DNA of 32,000 bases from Erysipelotrichaceae bacterium. GTDB lineage: Bacteria; Bacillota_I; Bacilli_A; Erysipelotrichales; Erysipelotrichaceae. The position numbers and the translations under genes were made by a program. Positions 25,633 through 32,000 of this stretch are shown here, in pieces (the stretch's first letter is position 1; each line of letters opens with the position of its first letter). The notes under the pieces were generated by a model. That model ran no database searches. It saw only the letters and a program-made list of their open reading frames with translations, and was not told the DNA's origin. The stretch is taken from assembly GCA_963676105.1 (NCBI GenBank), contig OY781039.1, forward strand, positions 720,001-752,000. The letters run 5' to 3'.

Positions 25633-26597
25633 AAAAAATAAATGAATTAATGAATAATGAATTAGATAAAAAAGAAATAAAAACAGAAAGTATTGATATA
25701 GCTAGTTTGAAACCATTTTTAGGGCATATCCCTTTCACAGTTGAACATGAAAATGGTTTGTGTACAGCTGGAATTTCAATAAATGGTAAAGCTGGAATTT
25801 ATAACTTATTCACAGATGAAGAAATGATGATAAATCATAATTACGTACATTTGAGATCATTTCATGACAATATAAACGAAAAATTTATGCAAGGTAAAGT
25901 GAAATGTCTTGTTTGTGGTGATACAGGATACCAGCCTATTGCACTAAATGAATTAATACATATTAAAGGTACTGATTATTTAGTTAAACAAGGAGCATTA
26001 GAAAAAGTAAGATGCAAATATTGTGATATTAGCAACAGCAATCCATTAAATATGAATAATTTTAGGACAACATATCAATGGCAAAAGGATGCAAAAAATG
26101 TTGCATTATCATTTATAGAAGATTTAAATCACCTTAATTATTGGTTTTATTTCTCTGGACAAGTAGGATCTGGTAAGACTCATTTGAGCTATGCAATCGC
26201 AAATGAATTAAAACATAAATTTGGATATGAAATAGTAATAAAAAATTGGATGGAATTAGCAACATTTTTAAAAGAAAATACAAATACAAAATCATATAGC
26301 AATGAAATTAGTTATTTAAGCAAAGTTAAAGTATTAGTAATTGATGATCTTTTCAAAAACGGGAATAAAGAAAAACCAACTACAGCAGACAACAGAATTG
26401 CAATGCAAATCTTAAATAAGCGTTATGAAGCCAAATTAATTACAATTATTAATTCTGAATTTTCATTGGGTGAAATTATAAATAATTTTGATTCAGCATA
26501 TTCAAGGATTTACGAGATGTCTAAGAATGGTAGTTATATTTTTCATATAAATAATGATCCTAAAAAGAATATTAGAATGAACCCTATGAAAGATTAG
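25629..26597 (+). CDS. DnaC/IstB-like AAA+ helicase-loader ATPase with an N-terminal Cys4 zinc-ribbon-like segment
   Basis: Walker A GQVGSGKTHL, Walker B VLVIDDLF, and CLVCGDTG...CKYCD. Its start overlaps the organiser stop (ATGA). Confidence 0.75.
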   Translation: MKKINELMNNELDKKEIKTESIDIASLKPFLGHIPFTVEHENGLCTAGISINGKAGIYNLFTDEEMMINHNYVHLRSFHDNINEKFMQGKVKCLVCGDTGYQPIALNELIHIKGTDYLVKQGALEKVRCKYCDISNSNPLNMNNFRTTYQWQKDAKNVALSFIEDLNHLNYWFYFSGQVGSGKTHLSYAIANELKHKFGYEIVIKNWMELATFLKENTNTKSYSNEISYLSKVKVLVIDDLFKNGNKEKPTTADNRIAMQILNKRYEAKLITIINSEFSLGEIINNFDSAYSRIYEMSKNGSYIFHINNDPKKNIRMNPMKD

Positions 26598-26617
26598 GTA
26601 ACAATAGGAGGTTACTT

Positions 26618-27739
26618 ATGGTTAGAAAGAATAAGGAAGGTGTTTACTATTTTTATGTCAGATACACTGATAATCAAGGTAATTTAAAACAAAAATACTC
26701 AAAGAGCAAGAAATGGAAAACTAAAAAAGAAGCTTTAAAAGCTGAAAATGATTTCTTAGAATCAGTCAAAAAAGACATTGATTTAGTTTTTGATAACATT
26801 ACACTTGATAAACTTTATAGTATTTATTTTGAATCAAAATCACATCATCTTAAAAAGAAATCTTTATACACATTAGATCACGCATATAGGCGACACATAA
26901 GCCCAAAATTTGGCAAACAAATAATAAATACCATAACAAAGCAAGATATTATGATATGGCAAAAACATTTATTAGCAAAAGGTTTTAAAAATCAGTATTT
27001 AGAGAAGATACAAGCCAATTTAAGAAGTATTCTTATCTTTGGAGTTAAATATGACTATATTGAAAAAAACCCTTTTAAAATCGATTTTATAAAGGATAAA
27101 ACTGAAACCAAAAAAGAAATGTCATATTGGAACTTACAAGAATATGAAAAATTTATTAGTCATGTAGATGATGAATTGTATGCAGCATTATTTGCTACTT
27201 TGTATTGGGGTGGTTTAAGAATTGGTGAAGCATTAGCTTTAAGAGTAAGTGATATTAACTTTAAAACTAAAATCATAAACATTAATAAAACATATAATAG
27301 CGTTCACCAGATCGATACAACTCCAAAAACGCATAATTCAAATCGAAATATCATTATGACAGATGGACTTTGTAATCAACTTAAAAAGATTGTTGATTCA
27401 TATAAAAACTACGCTGGAATTGATACAGGATATGATCCAATTATATTTGGATATAATGGTAGACTTGCTCCAACGACAATAAAAAGAAAACAAAAAGAAG
27501 CTTGTGAAGAAGCTGGTGTTAAAGTTATCAGAATTCATGATTTTAGGCACTCTCACGTATCATTATTATTAAACTTAGGTGAAGATGCCTTTGTTATTGC
27601 AAAACGCTTAGGACATAGCGTAGAGATGGTAAACAACGTCTATGGACACTGGTTCTTAGACTCACAAAAGGAATTGGTAGATCGTTTGAATCAAGCTGAG
27701 AATAAAGCCAATAAATTAAGAGAAACTAGAATTAACTAG
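26618..27739 (+). CDS. int: Tyrosine integrase (phage integrase family) with an N-terminal arm-binding-type domain
   Basis: Catalytic context GLRIGEALALRVSDI (R), IRIHDFRHSHVS (HxxR) and LGHSVEMVNNVYGHW (H...Y). The N-terminal GVYYFYVRYTDNQGNLKQK resembles integrase Arm-DNA-binding domains. Confidence 0.9.
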   Translation: MVRKNKEGVYYFYVRYTDNQGNLKQKYSKSKKWKTKKEALKAENDFLESVKKDIDLVFDNITLDKLYSIYFESKSHHLKKKSLYTLDHAYRRHISPKFGKQIINTITKQDIMIWQKHLLAKGFKNQYLEKIQANLRSILIFGVKYDYIEKNPFKIDFIKDKTETKKEMSYWNLQEYEKFISHVDDELYAALFATLYWGGLRIGEALALRVSDINFKTKIININKTYNSVHQIDTTPKTHNSNRNIIMTDGLCNQLKKIVDSYKNYAGIDTGYDPIIFGYNGRLAPTTIKRKQKEACEEAGVKVIRIHDFRHSHVSLLLNLGEDAFVIAKRLGHSVEMVNNVYGHWFLDSQKELVDRLNQAENKANKLRETRIN

Positions 27740-27750
27740 TTTCTTTTTTT
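27722..27750. terminator. Bidirectional terminator between int and the convergent membrane-protein gene
   Basis: GAAACTAG-AATTAA-CTAGTTTC followed by T7. The hairpin includes the int TAG stop codon. Confidence 0.6.
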
Positions 27751-28348
27751 ATTCAAAAAAGTATTTCAATGTCATTTTAGTTTTTAAATAATATCTTGCT
27801 CCCACAGAATCAATTACATATACATCAATCTTTGCATTTAAGTCATAATCATCTTTTAACAAAAGCTTAAGATTTTCAATTGGAAAATATAGGTCATGCG
27901 ATTCTTCAGATAAAAGAGCTATTGGCATATTTTCAGTTGTTAAAGTCATTGGATTTTGTGGAAAAAGTAAAAAATGCTGTTTTTTTATAATTAATCTCCA
28001 CGATTGAATATTTACACTTCTGACACCAGTGTTAGATATACATAAATCTAAAAATTCCTTATTATATCCATTAGCATTAACAACAGTTGATTTATTCAAA
28101 GATAATTTTAATCTTTTAGAATTATTATAATTGTGTTGGAATAAGGCAACAAACACAGCTAAAAACGTAGCAGTAGATCCAATTGCACTCCATAATAATT
28201 GTCTATCAATTAATCCTGTTTCATTATCAATAAATAAAACCAACGCTAACTTTCTAGAAAATATTATAAATACTAACATTACTAAACATAAGATACTAAT
28301 ATTTATGTTTTTTTTGTTTCTTTCGTAAAATTGATTAATTTTTCTCAT
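27749..28348 (-). CDS. Hypothetical two-TM membrane protein (cargo between int and attR)
   Basis: 199 aa. Two TM helices (ISILCLVMLVFIIF, AIGSTATFLAVFVALF) followed by a beta-rich soluble domain. No family recognised. Confidence 0.55.
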   Translation of the reverse strand: MRKINQFYERNKKNINISILCLVMLVFIIFSRKLALVLFIDNETGLIDRQLLWSAIGSTATFLAVFVALFQHNYNNSKRLKLSLNKSTVVNANGYNKEFLDLCISNTGVRSVNIQSWRLIIKKQHFLLFPQNPMTLTTENMPIALLSEESHDLYFPIENLKLLLKDDYDLNAKIDVYVIDSVGARYYLKTKMTLKYFFE

Positions 28349-28440
28349 ATTTTTATCATCCTTTATTATTGATTTAATTATATAATTTTGCTTTTTTTTA
28401 ATGTATGAAAAACACTTACATTACTATTTTTAGTAAAAAC

Positions 28441-28463
28441 TGCTAGACTTTTGCTAGACTTTT
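28441..28463. repeat. Tandem 11-bp repeat TGCTAGACTTT x2 (candidate integrase arm-type site, P arm)
   Basis: Identical to 18312-18334. It ends 44 bp before the attR core. Confidence 0.6.
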
Positions 28464-28476
28464 TAATTTTTGTATT

Positions 28477-28499
28477 AAAAAACCCTTTATTTAAGGGCT
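28477..28499 (-). terminator. Element-borne terminator now serving the reconstituted tRNA-Arg
   Basis: On the minus strand just 3' of the tRNA: CCCTT-AAATA-AAGGG followed by T6. It resembles the orphan terminator at 18155-18178. Confidence 0.6.
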
Positions 28500-28507
28500 T
28501 TTAGAAA

Positions 28508-28527
28508 TAATGGCGTCCTCAGAGGGA
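28508..28527. repeat. attR core: TAATGGCGTCCTCAGAGGGA
   Basis: Identical to 18187-18206. Bases 28511-28527 are the last 17 nt of the tRNA, including CCA. Confidence 0.9.
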
Positions 28528-28587
28528 TTCGAACCCCCGACCGTGCGCTTAGAAGGCGCATGCTCTATCCAGCTGAGCTATGAGGAC
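28511..28587 (-). tRNA. tRNA-Arg (anticodon UCU), CCA encoded
   Basis: Manual cloverleaf: acceptor GTCCTCA/TGAGGAC, D arm GCTC-AGCTGGATA-GAGC, anticodon arm TGCGC-CTTCTAA-GCGCA, variable loop CGGTC, T arm GGGGG-TTCGAAT-CCCTC, discriminator G, CCA. Confidence 0.9.
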
Positions 28588-28628
28588 AAGTGCTTTACTA
28601 TAATAACAAACTCTAAACCATTTGAAAA

Positions 28629-29129
28629 CTAAAAGCGTGAAAAGAATCCTTTTTTCTTTTCTTTAGGTTCATCGATTGCTTTGCGTTCGACTGTAAACTT
28701 TCCATTTTGATATGTTATGAGTGCATAACTTGGTAAAGAATAATCACGATTATAGTAAATAGAACCTGGATTAACTAAAGTAATCCCATTCTTTTCTTCA
28801 ACATGAAAGATATGGGTATGTCCATATAACATTAATTGGCAGTTTTCAGCATAAGCATACTCACTTAAACGATCTGTTAAATGCATTGGAGATATGCGAT
28901 CACCGTGTTGAACTAAAATGCGTAAACCTTCAAGTTCAATAATTAAACGATGTGGATAATCAAAATACATATCATTATTGCCTTGAACACTCACAAAGCC
29001 ATCTAAGAGATCTTCTGAACATTCACTATCCCCACAATTGATATACGCATCGGCAGTTGGATGTAGTTCTCTAAGTTTGCGATAGACTTCATTGCGACCA
29101 TGCGCATCACTGACAACGACTATCTGCAT
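28629..29129 (-). CDS. YfcE/MJ0936-family metallophosphoesterase
   Basis: VVSDAHG, CGDSE, QGNND and YGHTH motifs. 166 aa. Confidence 0.85.
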   Translation of the reverse strand: MQIVVVSDAHGRNEVYRKLRELHPTADAYINCGDSECSEDLLDGFVSVQGNNDMYFDYPHRLIIELEGLRILVQHGDRISPMHLTDRLSEYAYAENCQLMLYGHTHIFHVEEKNGITLVNPGSIYYNRDYSLPSYALITYQNGKFTVERKAIDEPKEKKKGFFSRF

Positions 29130-29870
29130 TTAAAACACCACCTTTTCAAAGATTTCATCAATCCCAAATAAGGTTTTAGCTTGTGCCTCAGCATGGTTTT
29201 TATCACCGGTTGTGATACATCTTGATTGACCTTCGTCAAAGGGTTCATTTTTTAGTGAATTGACCATTGCTTGCTCAGAATCATAGACTTTGACCTGAAA
29301 CTCTTTTTCAATGAGTTTTGAAATTAAAGGATAATGGGTACAGCCTAAAAGCATCGCATCATAAGATAAGTCTTTGATTAAGCTATGAAGATAGTCTTTA
29401 ATGATTGATTCATCATCCATATCTTCGATGTAATTAACCAATTTTGGACAAGCAATCCCTTCTACTTTTGTATCAGGTAAAAGTGCTTCTAAACCTTTTT
29501 TATAGATTTCTGAATTGGTTGTGGCTTGAGTTGCTAGCACACAAAGAGATTCATGTTTTGTATTTTTTAAGGCATCAATGGTTGGCTTGACTAACTCATG
29601 GAATGTGATCATTTTAAACTCATTTTTGAGTTGATCTAAGATCATCGCATTCATGGTATTGCAGGCAATTATAACCTGATGGATATCCTGGCTTAAAAAC
29701 CAGTTCATATTTGCTCTGGCAACATTTAATAATTCATCCCGTGTCTTATTACCATACGGAGCATTCTTTTGATCCGCTAAAAAAGTAAAGGCAGCTTTAG
29801 GGTACGCTTTATGTAAGGCTAAATAGATACGATAACCGCCTAAGCCTGAGTCAATAATTCCATAAGTCAT
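29130..29870 (-). CDS. murI: Glutamate racemase
   Basis: IDSGLGG, ACNTMNA and GCTHYPLI catalytic-Cys motifs. Confidence 0.9.
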   Translation of the reverse strand: MTYGIIDSGLGGYRIYLALHKAYPKAAFTFLADQKNAPYGNKTRDELLNVARANMNWFLSQDIHQVIIACNTMNAMILDQLKNEFKMITFHELVKPTIDALKNTKHESLCVLATQATTNSEIYKKGLEALLPDTKVEGIACPKLVNYIEDMDDESIIKDYLHSLIKDLSYDAMLLGCTHYPLISKLIEKEFQVKVYDSEQAMVNSLKNEPFDEGQSRCITTGDKNHAEAQAKTLFGIDEIFEKVVF

Positions 29871-29888
29871 ATGTTGTATTATACCATT

Positions 29889-31643
29889 CTAAAGTGATTT
29901 TAAGGCGTCTTTTAGACCTTTAAGTACAGATTCTGGAACGATTTTTAAAAGTTCTTCATCACTCGCTTCACGCATTGCTTTTAAAGACTTAAATTCTTTG
30001 CGTAGTGCCGCTTTTCGCTTTGGTCCTAAACCAATCACATCATCTAAAATTGAAGCTACCTGGCCTTTAGATCGACGTTTCTTGTGATGTGTAATGACAA
30101 AACGATGAACTTCATCTTGCATACGTGTCAGTAGGAAATATAATTGAGGTTCATCACTCACTTCAATACGATTACCTGATGGATCCATTAAAGCCGACGT
30201 ATTATGTTTACTGTCTTTAACTAAACCAAAAACAGGTAAAGATACATGTAAACTTTCTAAGCTTTTTAGCGCAGCTTGAATTTGCGTATAACCGCCATCA
30301 ACCAGTAAACAATCAGGTAAATCTTGTTGTTCTTTGATTTTTCGTAAATAACGTCGATAAATCGCTTCTTCCATATTGGCGACATCGTTTGCACCATTCG
30401 ATACATTGTATAAGCGATAATCTTTTTTAGAAGGACTTCCATCTTTAAAGACAACCACCGCACTTGAGGCATACGCCCCTTGGATATGTGAGTTATCGAT
30501 CAGTTCAATGGTCTCAACGGATTCTAGATGTAATTTATTTCTTAATGAACTTAAGGCTTCTTCTTGAGCTGATTCTTTAAGTTTAAAGATCTCAGCTTTT
30601 TGTTCAAGCTGTTTTAAAGCATTGGTTTGTGCCAGTTCAATCAGTTTTCTTTGATTGCCACGTTGAGGTTGATGAATCTTAAGTTCTAAGTGTTCTTCTA
30701 ATAAGGAGACATCAATTCCATATGGTAATAAGAGTTCATCAGGTAAATCATTTTGACTATAGAGCTGTGCTAGAAAACTAATGAAACTCTCATCTGCATC
30801 ATCCACAAGTATTTGTAGCGCAAAAGATCGATCTAATATTTTTCCTGCACGTATCATTAAACCTTGTATCGCAATGACTCCATTTTTTTCAGCATAGGCA
30901 AAAACATCACGATTATGTTTGGATTCTGAAGCCACCGCTTGTTTATCTAAAATATAATCTAAAGCTTTTAAATCATCACGATATTCAGCAGCTCTTTCAA
31001 AATTTAAAGATTCAGTTGCCTCATTCATCTTTTTCGTTAAACGAAGTCTTAAGTCTTTATCGTCCCCTTTTAAAACACGGGTTATTTCATCAACCATTGA
31101 TTGATAGTCTTCTTCTTTGACGTCAAACTCACACGGACCTAAACATTGACCTAAATGATAATACAAACAAACTTTTTTAGGCAGTGTTTCACATTTTCTT
31201 AAAGGATAGAGATGATTCATCAATTTTCGCATCGTATGAGCGGCTGAGGCATCAGGATAAGGCCCAAAGTATAAAGACTTCTTATCTCGTTTTTTATCTC
31301 TGACGACCTTTAAACGGGCATATTTCTCATGTGTAAGTTTTAGATATGGATAAGACTTATCATCCATAAACATAATATTGAAACGTGGACGATATTTCTT
31401 GATTAAATTAATTTCTAAAATTAAAGCTTCCTTCTCAGTGTGCGTCAAAATGTAATCGAAATCGACAATCTGAGAAACAAGCTTTGTTGTTTTATAATTA
31501 TGAGCACCACTAAAATATGAACTCACACGATTCTTAAGTTTCTTGGCCTTACCTACATAGATAATCTTACCTTGCTTATTCTTCATCAAATAACAACCAG
31601 GCTCTAAAGGTAAAGTTTGTAGTTTAAGCTTTAAGTCAGTCAT
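29889..31643 (-). CDS. uvrC: Excinuclease ABC subunit C
   Basis: GIY-YIG N-terminus (GCYLMKNKQGKIIYVGKAKKLKNRVSSYF), a UVR domain and a C-terminal (HhH)2. 584 aa. Confidence 0.95.
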   Translation of the reverse strand: MTDLKLKLQTLPLEPGCYLMKNKQGKIIYVGKAKKLKNRVSSYFSGAHNYKTTKLVSQIVDFDYILTHTEKEALILEINLIKKYRPRFNIMFMDDKSYPYLKLTHEKYARLKVVRDKKRDKKSLYFGPYPDASAAHTMRKLMNHLYPLRKCETLPKKVCLYYHLGQCLGPCEFDVKEEDYQSMVDEITRVLKGDDKDLRLRLTKKMNEATESLNFERAAEYRDDLKALDYILDKQAVASESKHNRDVFAYAEKNGVIAIQGLMIRAGKILDRSFALQILVDDADESFISFLAQLYSQNDLPDELLLPYGIDVSLLEEHLELKIHQPQRGNQRKLIELAQTNALKQLEQKAEIFKLKESAQEEALSSLRNKLHLESVETIELIDNSHIQGAYASSAVVVFKDGSPSKKDYRLYNVSNGANDVANMEEAIYRRYLRKIKEQQDLPDCLLVDGGYTQIQAALKSLESLHVSLPVFGLVKDSKHNTSALMDPSGNRIEVSDEPQLYFLLTRMQDEVHRFVITHHKKRRSKGQVASILDDVIGLGPKRKAALRKEFKSLKAMREASDEELLKIVPESVLKGLKDALKSL

Positions 31644-32000
31644 TTTGTGTGACCTTTAAAATAAACGACGGTTGCGCCATGACCACCCTCACCTTGATCA
31701 CCTAAGCGATAGGATTCCACAAAGGATGCTTTATTTAAAAAATTATGAACGGCTGATCTTAATGTCCCTGTCCCATGGCCATGAATGATTCGACAAAATG
31801 GATACTTGGCTAAGATACAATCATCTAAGTATTGATCAATTAAAGGGAGTGCTTCATCAACGCGTAAACCAATACAATTAATCTCATGAGGAACCGAGGC
31901 AATCGGAGCTGTTTTAACGGTGAATTTCTTTTTCTTAATGGGTGCACTAGCGGCTTGAAGATCTTCTAGTTTGACTTCCATTCGTATACCATTGATGGAC
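31640..32000 (-). CDS. mutS2: Endonuclease MutS2, C-terminal Smr-domain end (5' part beyond the window)
   Basis: Smr motifs LRVDEAL and IIHGHGTGTLRSAV. The frame remains open upstream of the listed Met to base 32000. Its stop overlaps the uvrC start (ATGA). Confidence 0.8.
   Translation of the reverse strand, partial: SINGIRMEVKLEDLQAASAPIKKKKFTVKTAPIASVPHEINCIGLRVDEALPLIDQYLDDCILAKYPFCRIIHGHGTGTLRSAVHNFLNKASFVESYRLGDQGEGGHGATVVYFKGHTK

Larger units (their letters stand above)
18187..28527. mobile_element. About 10.3-kb tRNA-Arg-integrated element; candidate phage satellite (PICI-like) or miniature prophage remnant
   Basis: 20-bp direct repeats, an internal tyrosine integrase, phage replication/packaging/structural homologues, a more AT-rich composition, and housekeeping genes on both flanks. 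Confidence 0.85.

Noticed and set aside
18312-28463. TGCTAGACTTT tandem repeats considered as a mini CRISPR array or generic tandem repeat
   Set aside because: There are only two abutting 11-bp units per site, with no spacers and no cas genes. Their symmetric placement around the att core fits integrase arm sites better.
18187-28527. Interpretation as a complete temperate phage
   Set aside because: About 10.3 kb and 14 ORFs, with no large terminase, portal, tail tube, baseplate or lysis genes, cannot encode a tailed virion. Satellite or remnant are the viable readings.
510-30472. Short ORFs nested antisense or out of frame inside long genes: 510-698, 2871-3104, 2882-3112, 6091-6318, 7071-7325, 7325-7507, 9276-9473, 9702-10010, 13103-13285, 13459-13698, 13929-14147, 14020-14214, 14283-14525, 18453-18695, 19468-19716, 21813-22058, 22113-22361, 22782-22985, 24195-24386, 28131-28328, 30266-30472
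   Set aside because: Each lies wholly within a longer ORF that has clear family motifs or operon context. Their products are low-complexity, Ser/Phe/Ile-rich shadow translations typical of AT-rich DNA, and none has an SD.
1-32000. Mollicute-type genetic code (TGA = Trp), suggested by low GC and the tig-lon-engB block lacking clpX
   Set aside because: Housekeeping ORFs are full length under the standard code, and at least engB ends at a TGA exactly where homologues end. murI and an LtaS-family gene indicate a walled organism.

Overview
Low-GC Firmicute-type chromosome using the standard genetic code: long ORFs are intact and some end in TGA. The tig-lon-engB block lacks clpX, and murI and an LtaS-family gene are present, which suggests a walled Erysipelotrichia/Bacilli-like host (a guess). 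Left third (1-8.7 kb): a sugar-derivative catabolic locus. It holds a symporter fragment, two Cof-type HAD phosphatases, a transaldolase/fructose-6-P-aldolase-family gene, a dehydratase-type glycyl radical enzyme (GRE) with its activase, a DeoR regulator, and an uncharacterised 566-aa protein with an HprK/PEPCK-like P-loop. A TTTCA-N2-TGAAA palindrome recurs three times across this locus. Middle (8.7-18.1 kb): housekeeping engB, lon and tig, several hypothetical or membrane proteins, and an LtaS-family sulfatase. 18187-28527: a roughly 10.3-kb, visibly more AT-rich integrative element in the 3' end of tRNA-Arg(UCU), bounded by a perfect 20-bp direct repeat. It encodes a tyrosine integrase, a DUF1376/Phg_2220_C replisome organiser, a DnaC-like loader, a P27-type small terminase, an HK97-like capsid protein, a short tape-measure-like protein and two RHH regulators. 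Two counter-oriented membrane proteins sit at its ends. No large terminase, portal, protease, tail tube or lysis genes are present. I read it as a candidate phage satellite of unusual composition, and it has a rich set of phased repeats. Right edge: yfcE-like phosphoesterase, murI, uvrC and the mutS2 3' end. All family calls come from motif recognition by eye; no database search was possible.
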